Origin: Parcubacteria group bacterium
GTDB lineage: Bacteria > Patescibacteriota > Minisyncoccia > Phycocordibacterales > Zambryskibacteraceae
Assembly (NCBI GenBank): GCA_028286565.1
Contig: JAQBRH010000003.1
Location: 1 to 61,291, forward strand
Length of the DNA stretch: 61,291 nt
Reading direction: 5' to 3'
Shown piece by piece: positions 10,474 to 19,503 of this stretch (within the stretch, counting starts at the first letter, position 1; each line of letters starts with the position of its first letter). Below the pieces are notes generated by a model. The model saw only the letters and a program-made list of their open reading frames with translations. It was not told the DNA's origin and did no database searches. Position numbers and translations under genes: made by a program.

Positions 10474-10584
10474 TTACCTAAAGAGGGAAGGCAAATAGAG
10501 GGCGACGATCGAGATGATCATGAGGACCGAGAGGATGACCCAGATGGTTTGGAGCTTTTTGCGGTTTTCTTTTTTGAATAGCAT
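10474..10584 (-). CDS. possible 36-aa single-TM peptide (below the ORF-track cutoff)
   Basis: My own translation is MLFKKENRKKLQTIWVILSVLMIISIVALYLPSLFR*. It fills the gap between lepA and the ftsB-like gene. No RBS seen. Confidence 0.25.
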   Translation of the reverse strand: MLFKKENRKKLQTIWVILSVLMIISIVALYLPSLFR

Positions 10585-10633
10585 TCGACCATGGTAGCAT
10601 AGAGGGAACGAAGTGAAAACCTAGTACCATCCC

Positions 10634-11017
10634 ATGCGAGAACTCCAAGAAAAACAGAAGCGAAAAGAGCGATTGTACTCCACCCCGGTCCTCATCGGGC
10701 TCTCTCTTATCACCCTCCTCGTGCTCCGAGGGACGTTCGTCATCATGCAAAAAGAGAGAGAAAGCAGCACCTATGTGGGAAGCCTCGAAGAGAAGGTGAC
10801 CACGCTTGCGGATCGCCAGGCCAAGCTGAAAACGGACACCGCGCGCCTGTCGACGGACGAGGGGATCGATACGGAGATCAAGACCCGTTTTAGCGTGGCT
10901 AAAGCCGGGGAACACGTGGTCGTCATCGTTGATCCGAAGGAAAAGGCCTCGACTACGGAGCCGAAATCGGGTCCGTGGTACCAAGGCGTCGTCTCCTTCC
11001 TAAAGAGCTTGTGGTAA
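10634..11017 (+). CDS. septum formation initiator (FtsB/DivIC-like) protein
   Basis: N-terminal TM segment followed by a coiled coil (LEEKVTTLADRQAKLKTDTARL) and the tail DEGIDTEIKTRFSVAKAGEHVVVI, typical of the family. Confidence 0.55.
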   Translation: MRELQEKQKRKERLYSTPVLIGLSLITLLVLRGTFVIMQKERESSTYVGSLEEKVTTLADRQAKLKTDTARLSTDEGIDTEIKTRFSVAKAGEHVVVIVDPKEKASTTEPKSGPWYQGVVSFLKSLW

Positions 11018-11060
11018 GCGGTCGAGCTCGATATAATGACTGTCTAATTCAACGAAATCT

Positions 11061-11303
11061 ATGAAAAAAGTAGAAATATATTCAACCCCGTCCTGCCACT
11101 TCTGCCACATGGCCAAGGAATACTTTACTGCGAACAATGTTCCCTTTACCGACTACAACGTCGCCACTGATACGGCCAAACGAACCGAAATGCTTGAGAA
11201 GAGCGGCCAGCTCGGCGTGCCTGTCATCGTCATCGACGACCAGGACCTCATCGTCGGATTTGATCAGGAGCATCTCGCTTCTCTTTTGGGAATTCCCGCG
11301 TAG
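11061..11303 (+). CDS. glutaredoxin-like protein (NrdH/Grx fold)
   Basis: 80 aa with CHFC active site after beta-1, and the GVPVIVIDD...IVGFD motif. Confidence 0.8.
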   Translation: MKKVEIYSTPSCHFCHMAKEYFTANNVPFTDYNVATDTAKRTEMLEKSGQLGVPVIVIDDQDLIVGFDQEHLASLLGIPA

Positions 11304-11328
11304 ATATATTTATAAAGAAAAAGCCACC

Positions 11329-11676
11329 TTATCCGGGTGGCGAAGAGGAAGTCTTTTGTTGCTGAAGAAAAAGAGGTAAGGGGAGCTCCTGATGTTCTAA
11401 CTGCTCTCTAGTGAAGATCCTTTGGCTGCGCTCCTGGGTTTCCTGTTCCAGGGCTTCAAACTCTCGCCGGAGCGGAGCTTCGGGGTCAGCCAGGAACTCA
11501 TCGAGCTCTTTCAAGACGGTGAATACGATCGAACGTCTCGCTGCTCTGCCTGCCCATAGGCAAGAGCTGAGCATGATGAGTGTGATGAATCCGGCTGCCG
11601 TGGATAGGATGAGGACATCAAGCAGTGATCCCGGCGATCCGACGGGTAAGGGCGGAAACGGTCCAGGTGTAAGCAT
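11329..11676 (-). CDS. hypothetical membrane protein
   Basis: One TM segment then a charged tail. The stop codon lies in the loop of a hairpin (gccacc.../...ggtggc) that is followed by a T-run on the minus strand. The opposite-strand ORF 11411..11716 is Ser/Arg-rich and unlikely. Confidence 0.4.
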   Translation of the reverse strand: MLTPGPFPPLPVGSPGSLLDVLILSTAAGFITLIMLSSCLWAGRAARRSIVFTVLKELDEFLADPEAPLRREFEALEQETQERSQRIFTREQLEHQELPLPLFLQQQKTSSSPPG

Positions 11677-11741
11677 TAGAATGGCTCCCAGGCTCGAGTT
11701 TCTTAAATCACCCTAACACAAATGGGAAAGCTATCAAATCT

Positions 11742-11817
11742 TGGTGCCAAGACCCAGGTTCGAACTGGGGACCCTTCCCTCTTCAGGGGAATGCTCTACC
11801 AACTGAGCTATCTTGGC
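11742..11817 (-). tRNA. tRNA-Phe(GAA), CCA encoded
   Basis: Hand-folded cloverleaf: gccaaga/tcttggc acceptor, anticodon loop ctGAAga, T loop ttcgaac. Confidence 0.93.
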
Positions 11818-11835
11818 AATGTCTGTTTTCTCGAA

Positions 11836-12138
11836 TTACAGGCCCTTAAGATACTTCTGAATCGATGCTTTGTCGAGGGTCGGAGTGCTTGTGGTGGTAT
11901 CCGGATTCTCCGGGTTCTGAAGCATGCCTTGGATCTCCTGGTAGTTATTCAGGGCCGAACCGAGGTACGGCTGCAAGAAGACGTATCCGAGGATAAGCGG
12001 GACGACCACGAGGAGGATCTTGATCACGCTCCAGAAAGCCTGCCAGCGCATGTGGCCCTGGAGCTTTTGGAGTATCTTATTGTTCTCTTCCGAAAGGACA
12101 AGTGTCCGGCGAAGCAGCTCTTTTTCTTCGGGGCTCAT
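11836..12138 (-). CDS. hypothetical membrane protein
   Basis: Start moved to MSPEEKELL. An extended -10 TGCTATACT (12147-12155, minus) sits 8 nt upstream, so the transcript is probably leaderless. Confidence 0.5.
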   Translation of the reverse strand: MSPEEKELLRRTLVLSEENNKILQKLQGHMRWQAFWSVIKILLVVVPLILGYVFLQPYLGSALNNYQEIQGMLQNPENPDTTTSTPTLDKASIQKYLKGL

Positions 12139-12197
12139 GACACAAAAGTATAGCAAAACGGGGCCAATTTTCAAATAATGTGCTATATTCGGTCATC

Positions 12198-12269
12198 GCT
12201 CTCATAGTTCAATGGATAGAACAGTTCCGTCCTAAGGAATAGATGTAGGTTCGATTCCTGCTGAGAGCA
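12198..12269 (+). tRNA. tRNA-Arg(CCT)
   Basis: Acceptor gctctca/tgagagc, anticodon loop gtCCTaa, T arm gtagg-ttcgatt-cctgc. An extended -10 TGCTATATT lies at 12181-12189. Confidence 0.9.
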
Positions 12270-12277
12270 CAGATAAC

Positions 12278-12308
12278 AAAACACCCGCACGTGCGGGGGT
12301 TTTGTTTT
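12278..12308. terminator. bidirectional intrinsic terminator (tRNA-Arg / hsp20)
   Basis: Palindrome cccgcac/gtgcggg flanked by an A-run and a T-run. Confidence 0.6.
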
Positions 12309-12762
12309 ATGACTGGCCTCGGACCTTGAGCTTGGTCTGGCGATTCTTGTCTATCTTTGGGAGGTGGAGGATGAGGAGTCCGTACTTTTCTATGGCCTCG
12401 GATTCTTCGACGTCGATCTCTTCCGGTAGGTGGACCGTTCGAGAGAAGGTTCCCCAATAGAGTTCCCGGTGGATATAATCATCCATTTGGAGAGTTCGAT
12501 CTTCTTCGCGCTTGCCGCGGATAGTGACCGAGTCCCGAGTGATGGCCACATCGATGTCTTCTGGTTTGACCCCGGCGACCATAGTCTTGATGATGATCTC
12601 TGAAGGAGTTTGATAGACGTCGACGGTCAGGTGGCCTTCTTCCTCCTCTTCGTAGATCGCTCGGGCGGGAGAATGCATTTCGATGCGCTCCTCCGTCTCC
12701 TGTGATTCTTCGAGCTTCACTGCGCCGGTCAAACGTTCAAAAAACGATCGTTTGTTGTTCAT
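12307..12762 (-). CDS. small heat-shock protein, Hsp20/alpha-crystallin family
   Basis: Alpha-crystallin domain pattern: VDVYQT...IIIKTMVAGVKPEDIDV...LTIRGKREE...GTFSRTVHLP...A....GLLILHLPK. Confidence 0.85.
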   Translation of the reverse strand: MNNKRSFFERLTGAVKLEESQETEERIEMHSPARAIYEEEEEGHLTVDVYQTPSEIIIKTMVAGVKPEDIDVAITRDSVTIRGKREEDRTLQMDDYIHRELYWGTFSRTVHLPEEIDVEESEAIEKYGLLILHLPKIDKNRQTKLKVRGQS

Positions 12763-12796
12763 AATGTGCGTATTAGAATTTTATTATATCACGCGG

Positions 12797-13531
12797 CTAT
12801 ATTTGCGGAGAAGAGTCTGCGGTGGATATCGGAGGCACAAGCGTTTTTACTTTTTCAAATATAAGCATAAGCATGGTGATGCCCGACCAGACGGTGGCAA
12901 ACGTCAGGAATGTTCCGAGGTCGTTTTGTTCGATGATAAAGAGATTGAAAACGGTGTGTATGAGGACGGCGGCGACAAACGCGATCGAGACCAATATTTT
13001 CCGTTCCCTTTTTGTTTTATAAAAACTAAGGGCGAGGGCCGAACCGATGACCGAAGAAGAAACGGTGTGGAGGAGGGAAGCGCCGATGAAGCGGAGATTC
13101 CCGGTGATAACGCTGCCCGCAATATCTTTCTGAAGGAGCGGATTAAATATAAAGAGCGCATTCTCGAGGGCGACGAAGCCGAGGGCGGCGACGATCATGT
13201 AGACGAGCGGGTCGAGAGGCTCGTTGTCGTCGAGAGATCTGATGGCCACAAAATAGGCGGCGGCGAACTTGAAGCCTTCCTCGAGTGTCGCCCAGAGGAG
13301 GAAAGTGACGGGAGTTTGTCCGGGGAACAAAGAGTCGACGAACTTTTGGAGCGGGAGGACGAGGATGACCGCCGCGGATCCCGCAAGGAATGTTTTAACT
13401 ATGCGCATGCGCGGCTCCGGATCCTTGTGATCTTCGCGGAGCCAAAACGCGAGCCAGATGAGCGCCGGCGCCAGGCCTCCGAGAAGGGCAAAGATGATAG
13501 TGGGGATGTGCGTCATGTTCGTACGGGCCAC
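12797..13531 (-). CDS. PrsW-family intramembrane protease
   Basis: Multi-TM protein with EEGFKF, ALENALF and HTVSSS-type motifs in the PrsW order. Confidence 0.65.
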   Translation of the reverse strand: MARTNMTHIPTIIFALLGGLAPALIWLAFWLREDHKDPEPRMRIVKTFLAGSAAVILVLPLQKFVDSLFPGQTPVTFLLWATLEEGFKFAAAYFVAIRSLDDNEPLDPLVYMIVAALGFVALENALFIFNPLLQKDIAGSVITGNLRFIGASLLHTVSSSVIGSALALSFYKTKRERKILVSIAFVAAVLIHTVFNLFIIEQNDLGTFLTFATVWSGITMLMLIFEKVKTLVPPISTADSSPQI

Positions 13532-15651
13532 TTCTCGACCATGAGGAGAGGCTGTGAGTTCTCGTGCTCCATGCTCTGCCAGATCTCTTCGGTCACGAAC
13601 GGCATGAAGGGGTGAAGGAGCTTCAGGGAATTCTCGAGGATATAGTAGAGCGATGCTCTATATTCGGGCTTGCCCTTGCTCTCTTCGATGATCTCGTCGG
13701 CGAAGCGGTGCCAGATGTAGTGGTAGATCTTCTCGGCGGCCAAATGGATCTGATGCTTCTCGAGATCTTCGGTGACGTCTCCCGCCATTTTCTCGAACTC
13801 TTCCTTGAGGGCTTCGTTGATCTCGCCGATCTTTTCCTGCGAGAGGACGAAACGGGTGATGTTCCACACCTTGTTCGCGAAGTTCTTGTAGCCGCGGATC
13901 TTGTCTTCGGAGATCTTCGAGTCCGTGCCTTGGGCCATGCCCATGATAAGCGAGATGCGGACGGCGTCAGTGCCGAACTTGGCGCTCATATCCAGAGGGT
14001 CGATGTTGTTCCCGAGGGACTTGGAGATCTTCCTGCCTTGGCCGTCTCGGACAAGACCGTGGAGGTACACGGTCCTGAACGGCACTTGGCCGAGAAGCGC
14101 TCCGCTCATGAGGATCATGCGCGCCACCCAGAAAAAGAGGATATCGTATCCGGTTTCAAGGAGCGCAGTCGGGTGGTACATCTCAAGGTCCGGGGTCTTG
14201 TCCGGCCAGCCCAAAGTCGAAAAGGTCCAAAGGGCGCTTGAGAACCAGGTATCCAACACATCCGGGTCCTGCTCCCAGCCTTCTCCTTCGGGAGCAACGC
14301 CGACGTATAGTTCTTCGCCTTTGTACCAAACGGGGATCCTGTGTCCGAACCAGATCTGCCGCGAGACGCACCAATCCCTGAGGTTGTCGATCCAGTGAAA
14401 ATACGTTTTCTGGAAATTTTCTCCGAGGATAGTGACCGCTCCGCTTTCGACCGCCGCGCGCATCATCCTTTTTAGGGTTGTGGTCGAGCCCGAAGCGATG
14501 CCCGGGATCTCCGAGTGATCGAGCGTGAATTCTTTGTTCATGTTCATGAACCATTGGAGCTTGGGCAGAGGCTCGACGATCCCCCCCGTCCTTTCAGCGG
14601 TGGAAATATTTTGTCGAATGGCCTCTTCCTTCTCCAAGAGTCCTTCCTCCCGGAGCCAAGCGGCCACTTCTTCCCTCGCCTCGGTTGTCTTCTTGCCGTG
14701 GAGCTTGCCTTCGACGCTCATCTTCGCGTATTCGTTGATGACCTGGATCCGAGGGAGTTCGTGCCTTTCTGCGATCTCCCAGTCGGTGTGGCTATGAGCC
14801 GGAGTGACGCCAAGGGCGCCAGTGCCGAATTCGGGGTCGACCTCTTTGTCCGCGATTATCCGTATATGAAGAGGGACATCGACGAAGACGAGATCAAATT
14901 CCCGGCCGATGAATTCTTTGTATCTCGGATCATCCGGATGCACGGCCACGGCTGTGTCCCCGACCTTTGTTTCCGGACGGGTGGTCGAAATGGAAATAGG
15001 GAAGTCTTTTGAATATTTGAATGTATAGAGCTTGGCTTCCCGCTCCTCGTACACGATCTCATCATCAGAAATAGTCGTCTGGCCCTTCGGGTCCCAGTTC
15101 ACGATGCGGTTGCCTCTATATATAAGGCCTTTGTCATACAGCCGTACGAAAGCCTCCATCACCGCCTTGTAGCGCTTGTCATCCATGGTGTAGGCATAGC
15201 GCGACCAATCGACCGATGCGCCCATACCTCGGACTTGAGAGAGAATAGTTGATTTGCTTGATTCAACGAACGAATCGATCCTCTTCAAGAGTTCTTCTCT
15301 GCCGAGATCGTGCCTCGACTTGCCTTCGGCTTTCTGGGTGTCCTTTTCAACGCGGGCTTGAGTAGCGATGGCTGCCGAATCGGTCCCTGGGATCCACAAC
15401 GTACGAAAGCCCTTCATGCGAGCGAATCTTACATATATATCTTCTACAGCGAGCATGAGGGCGCTTCCCATATGAAGCACGCCGGTCACGTTCGGAGGAG
15501 GAAGGACGATCGAGAAAGTTTCTGCAGTAGGGGAGACGAGTCCGGCTTCGACGGCCTTGTCTGGGTTAAAAAAACCGCTTTCCTCCCATAAAGCGTAGAT
15601 CCTATGCTCGGTATCTGCCGGATTATACGGCTTAAGAAACTTCTCATTCAT
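13513..15651 (-). CDS. valS: valyl-tRNA synthetase (short form, 712 aa)
   Basis: PPPNVTGVLHMGSAL (HIGH region), KISKSLGN (KMSKS) and the CP1 editing region. Confidence 0.93.
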   Translation of the reverse strand: MNEKFLKPYNPADTEHRIYALWEESGFFNPDKAVEAGLVSPTAETFSIVLPPPNVTGVLHMGSALMLAVEDIYVRFARMKGFRTLWIPGTDSAAIATQARVEKDTQKAEGKSRHDLGREELLKRIDSFVESSKSTILSQVRGMGASVDWSRYAYTMDDKRYKAVMEAFVRLYDKGLIYRGNRIVNWDPKGQTTISDDEIVYEEREAKLYTFKYSKDFPISISTTRPETKVGDTAVAVHPDDPRYKEFIGREFDLVFVDVPLHIRIIADKEVDPEFGTGALGVTPAHSHTDWEIAERHELPRIQVINEYAKMSVEGKLHGKKTTEAREEVAAWLREEGLLEKEEAIRQNISTAERTGGIVEPLPKLQWFMNMNKEFTLDHSEIPGIASGSTTTLKRMMRAAVESGAVTILGENFQKTYFHWIDNLRDWCVSRQIWFGHRIPVWYKGEELYVGVAPEGEGWEQDPDVLDTWFSSALWTFSTLGWPDKTPDLEMYHPTALLETGYDILFFWVARMILMSGALLGQVPFRTVYLHGLVRDGQGRKISKSLGNNIDPLDMSAKFGTDAVRISLIMGMAQGTDSKISEDKIRGYKNFANKVWNITRFVLSQEKIGEINEALKEEFEKMAGDVTEDLEKHQIHLAAEKIYHYIWHRFADEIIEESKGKPEYRASLYYILENSLKLLHPFMPFVTEEIWQSMEHENSQPLLMVEKWPVRT

Positions 15652-15828
15652 ACGTCTTTTATACTAGCATGGAGATATACAAACATGCGCCTGTCTATAT
15701 AGGACATTATGTACGACTTATACAGAGCATAAAGGACAAATAGACAAAATACGACTAATACAAAGGATATTCTGTCAACACTACGAACTTGCGTCATCCA
15801 TTGACAATATTTTAAAAAAACGTAGTGT

Positions 15829-18411
15829 GTGAAAACCGACATGACCAAATCACGGAAACTAACTTTTCTCTCCCGCTTCGCTGCTGTGTATATGCTTGTG
15901 GCAGTGGTCTTTTCTAATTTTCCTCTGACTGCCCTTGCGGATACTCTTCTCACCGTCTCTGCGACGGCAAACGGCCAAACCGCGCTCACTCTTGCGACTT
16001 CGACCGATAGCTTCACTGTTGACCTTTCTTCGACGAACGCCACCGCCTGCCAGATGACGAGCCCCGCTCTCTCCGGTGTCACGGTCAATGCTTCGCTCGT
16101 AGTGAATCCCGGACACCCATACTATCCGCCGCTCGGAGGCAGCACGACCTTCACCTTTAACTGTACCGACGGGACCAACACCGGATCCGCGACCGTGGTC
16201 GTCTCTCTTCCTGCCGCAAGCGTCACCCCTCCTCCTCCAGGCGGAGCTGTGACCGTGGACGTGAAGGCAAACGGCTCGGACGGTCCTGTCACTCTCGCAA
16301 GCGGAGGCACCTTTACATACACTTGGACTTCGGCTAATGCGACGGCTTGCGAACAAACGTCGCCCGCGCTTACAGGGGTCTCTACTTCGGGAATTTCTAC
16401 AACCGTCGGTTCGGGTCACCCGTACTATCCATTGGTCGGAGCTCCAACGACCGTTACTATTCAGTGTACTGATGGGACAACTACCGCGACTGATTCAGTG
16501 GTCGTCGGCTTGGCTAACAACGGCGGCACCGGCTCTACCACTCCGGTGACCGTGGATGTGAAAGTGAACGGATCAGATGGCCCCACCGTCACCATCGCTT
16601 CGGGAAGTACGTATACTTACACCTGGACTTCGGCGAACGCCACCGCCTGTGAGCAGACGTCGCCCGCTCTCACCGGAGTTTCTACATTCGGATCCTCTCC
16701 TGTTGATCCTGCCCATCCGTATTATCCAGCCACTTCAACGCCGGTAACCATCACTATCCAGTGTACGGACGGTGTCACGACCGCATCCGACTCCGTGAGC
16801 GTTGCCCTTGGAGCTGTGACTCCTCCCGGAGGCGGCGGAAGCACGGTCACCGTGGACGTGAAGGCAAACGGCTCGGACGGTCCTCTTACCATTCAGAACG
16901 GAAGCCCATATACCTATACCTGGACTTCGACAAACGCCACCGCCTGCCAGCAGACCTCACCTGCGCTTACGGGCGTCGCTACTTCAGGCTCGGACGGCCC
17001 TGTCACCCCTGGCCATCCATACTATCCGGCCACCTCGACCCCGGTCACTATCACCATCAACTGTACGAACGGCTCTTCGACCGCAACCGATTCTGTGGTG
17101 ATCAGCCTCGCGAATGGCCCTGCGAATCCCGGCTGCCCGATCCCGACCATCTCAAGCGCTCTGTCGGCAAGCGTAGGAGTTAATCGACCATTTTCATACA
17201 CCATCACCGTCAATCAGGGTTCAACCACTCCGACGGTCACTGTCTCGAACCTTCCTTCGGGCCTTACCTACGACCCCGCGTCTCGCGTGATCTCCGGCGC
17301 CGTCACTCAGACCGGAACTTTCAATGTCCTCATCACCTCAGCTGATCCTTGCGGCACTGATTCACAGACGCTTGAGATCTCTGTCACTCCCGGAAGCACG
17401 AGCGGAGGCGGTGGAGGCGGTGGAGGCGGTGGAGGCGGCGGTTCTACCACTACGCCCGGCGGACATCGCCACCCTCCTACCCCCGAGGCTCCTGCTGCCT
17501 GCGATTTCCTCAAGGATTATATGAGAGCGGATTTCCAGAACGACCCGGTCGAGGTTATCAAGCTCCAGACCTTCCTCAAAGGCATCGAAGGCTATGACTA
17601 CGTGGCCATAAACGGCGTCTACGATCAGGCGACGATAAACGGGGTCAATGCCTTCCAGATGAAGTTTAAAGATGACATTCTCACTCCATGGGGCCACACC
17701 GCTCCTACGAGCTATGTATATATTTTGACCTTGAAGAAGATCAATGAGATCTATTGCCAGCACCTCCTGCCTCTCACCCCTGATGAGCAGAACGAGATCA
17801 ATGCCTTCCGAGCCCTCATTGAAGGCCTCAGAGGCCAAGGAGCGACCGTGGAAACGGTTGTGGAGACCTCTCCGGGGGGCTACGTCGAAGTTCCGGTCAC
17901 TCGTACAGAGAGTACGACCACCATCTCGACCTCGACTCCGGTCGAACTCCCGATAGTCGGACAGATCACCCCTCAAGGACAAAATCTCACGAACCTGGCG
18001 GCAGCGGTCTTCGCTCTCCCGGACGGATTCAAAGCCGGCATGCAGTGCCTCTATGAATGGCTGCTTATCCTGATTGTCCTTTATATCCTGGGTTCTGTCC
18101 TTAAAGATGTCCTTTATAAGGACACTCCGGAGAATATGAAGAAGAGGTTCCTCACTAAGTGGATAACTATTTCCCTCGGACTTGTGGTTGCGATCCTCAT
18201 CGCCTACGTTCTCGGAGAGTGGTGCATTATCCTCCCTCTCATCATCTCCCTTATCGTCTCCCTCGTCTGGATGGCCTTCTTCCCAAAGCACGGGTCGGTC
18301 AAAGCTTCTACCAGATCTTGGTACATCGTTCTCGCCGCCCGAGCCCGCAGCATGTTCTCAAAACGAGAGCCGGCGGCTATCATCATCGGCCCTACTGAAC
18401 CGAAGAAATAA
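15829..18411 (+). CDS. large surface protein: signal peptide, 4 tandem ~99-aa repeats, Ig-like domain, poly-Gly, peptidoglycan-binding-like domain, C-terminal TM helices
   Basis: Repeats start VTVDVKANGSDGP...TYTWTS.NATAC.QTSPALTGV...GHPYYP...C(T/N)(D/N)G. Also NLPSGLTYD...ISG Ig-like motif, G13 tract, IKLQTFLKG...GVYDQATINGVNAFQ (PG-binding-1-like) and 3-4 C-terminal TM helices. GTG start at 15829, with an alternative ATG at 15841. Confidence 0.75.
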   Translation: MKTDMTKSRKLTFLSRFAAVYMLVAVVFSNFPLTALADTLLTVSATANGQTALTLATSTDSFTVDLSSTNATACQMTSPALSGVTVNASLVVNPGHPYYPPLGGSTTFTFNCTDGTNTGSATVVVSLPAASVTPPPPGGAVTVDVKANGSDGPVTLASGGTFTYTWTSANATACEQTSPALTGVSTSGISTTVGSGHPYYPLVGAPTTVTIQCTDGTTTATDSVVVGLANNGGTGSTTPVTVDVKVNGSDGPTVTIASGSTYTYTWTSANATACEQTSPALTGVSTFGSSPVDPAHPYYPATSTPVTITIQCTDGVTTASDSVSVALGAVTPPGGGGSTVTVDVKANGSDGPLTIQNGSPYTYTWTSTNATACQQTSPALTGVATSGSDGPVTPGHPYYPATSTPVTITINCTNGSSTATDSVVISLANGPANPGCPIPTISSALSASVGVNRPFSYTITVNQGSTTPTVTVSNLPSGLTYDPASRVISGAVTQTGTFNVLITSADPCGTDSQTLEISVTPGSTSGGGGGGGGGGGGGSTTTPGGHRHPPTPEAPAACDFLKDYMRADFQNDPVEVIKLQTFLKGIEGYDYVAINGVYDQATINGVNAFQMKFKDDILTPWGHTAPTSYVYILTLKKINEIYCQHLLPLTPDEQNEINAFRALIEGLRGQGATVETVVETSPGGYVEVPVTRTESTTTISTSTPVELPIVGQITPQGQNLTNLAAAVFALPDGFKAGMQCLYEWLLILIVLYILGSVLKDVLYKDTPENMKKRFLTKWITISLGLVVAILIAYVLGEWCIILPLIISLIVSLVWMAFFPKHGSVKASTRSWYIVLAARARSMFSKREPAAIIIGPTEPKK
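15940..17130 (+). repeat. four in-frame tandem repeats of ~297-300 nt inside the surface-protein gene
   Basis: Unit starts gtgaccgtggacgtgaaggcaaacggc at 16249 and 16846 (16846 differs only in its third nucleotide), and gtgaccgtggatgtgaaagtgaacgga at 16546. The first unit is more diverged. Confidence 0.7.
17404..17442 (+). repeat. 9-nt microsatellite (GGAGGCGGT)x3 plus variant units, encoding Gly13
   Basis: ggaggcggt ggaggcggt ggaggcggt ggaggcggc ggt, read directly. Confidence 0.9.
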
Positions 18412-18425
18412 CCTCACTTTCTCGA

Positions 18426-18457
18426 CCCTCTCCTAGATAAGGAGAGGGTTTTGTTTT
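18426..18457 (+). terminator. intrinsic terminator of the surface-protein gene
   Basis: ccctctcc-tagataa-ggagaggg followed by ttttgttttt. Confidence 0.65.
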
Positions 18458-19503
18458 TATAAAGAAAGATTTCCTCGAGCTTTGATCTTCTCCCCTGGTT
18501 GTATAAAAAGCGGGTCCAGTGTTTTTATGTAGGCGGTGACTCCGATCATCACAGCGTTGTCCGTGGTCAAAGATTTCTCCGGCAAAAGGAGCGTGAGTCC
18601 GGCGAATGAGTTTGCAAGCTTCGCTACTTCTTTTCGCAAATATATATTATTCGCCACCCCTCCGGCGACGATCAAGGTCTTCGCTCCGCGGGATTCGAGA
18701 GCGAGGCGAGTTTTCTCTATTAATACTTCTATGGCCGCGTCTTCAAAGGCGTGAGCCACTTCTTCCTGAAGTTCGGGCGTGATCTCTTTGTCTTTTAATA
18801 AATAGAGGACAGAGGTTTTGAGGCCCGAATATGAGAAATCAAAGTCCTTGGAGTGGATCATCGGGCGGGGGAGGATCATGCTCGGAGTAAGGCCTTTCGC
18901 TCTATGAGCCTCGGCGAGACGCGAGATCTCCGGTCCGCCCGGGTATGGAAGGCCCAAGAGCCTCGCTACCTTGTCGAAGGCTTCTCCGACCGCGTCGTCC
19001 CTGGTCTTGCCTAATATTTTATATTGGCCGAAGTTCTCTATGTGGACGATCTCTGTATGGCCTCCGGAAACAAGGAGGGCAAGGGCGGGGAAGGCGAGCG
19101 CCTCCTTCACGTTGAAAATAGCCGAATAGATGTGGCCTTCCATATGGTTCACCGGAAGCACGGGCTTCTTATATGTTTCTCCGAGTTCTTCGGCGAAGAG
19201 GATGCCGGTCCAAAGGGCGGGTTCAAGCCCGGGGCCCGAAGTGACTGCGATGAGATCTATCCCTTCGAGGTTCTCCGGAATATTCGCTTCACCGAGAGCC
19301 TTCTTTAAAATGATGGGAAGATTCTTTTGATGCTCGCGCTTGGCCAGGTGGGGGACGACGCCTCCGAACTCCTGGTGGAGATCGATCTGGGAGATGAGGG
19401 AATTCCCGAGGATCTTAAACTCGGGCTTCTCGAGCCCTCCGGCAGCCTCCAAAACGGCTATAGCCGTCTCGTCACACGATGTTTCTATGGCCAGGATTTT
19501 CAT
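18457..19503 (-). CDS. tsaD: tRNA N6-adenosine threonylcarbamoyltransferase TsaD (Kae1/Gcp family)
   Basis: Canonical start MKILAIETSCDETAIAVLE, then HMEGHIYS and VSGGHTEIV. The 38 extra N-terminal codons of the listed ORF overlap tRNA-Ser and are rejected. Confidence 0.9.
   Translation of the reverse strand: MKILAIETSCDETAIAVLEAAGGLEKPEFKILGNSLISQIDLHQEFGGVVPHLAKREHQKNLPIILKKALGEANIPENLEGIDLIAVTSGPGLEPALWTGILFAEELGETYKKPVLPVNHMEGHIYSAIFNVKEALAFPALALLVSGGHTEIVHIENFGQYKILGKTRDDAVGEAFDKVARLLGLPYPGGPEISRLAEAHRAKGLTPSMILPRPMIHSKDFDFSYSGLKTSVLYLLKDKEITPELQEEVAHAFEDAAIEVLIEKTRLALESRGAKTLIVAGGVANNIYLRKEVAKLANSFAGLTLLLPEKSLTTDNAVMIGVTAYIKTLDPLFIQPGEKIKARGNLSL

Noticed and set aside
12683-13615. 310-aa plus-strand ORF
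   Set aside because: It is antisense to the PrsW-like gene and the valS 3' end. It is highly charged and low-complexity.
15940-17130. Diversity-generating retroelement (template/variable repeat) or CRISPR-like array
   Set aside because: The repeats are in-frame ~99-aa protein units with mixed substitutions, not adenine-specific ones. There is no RT gene and no spacer/repeat periodicity of CRISPR type.
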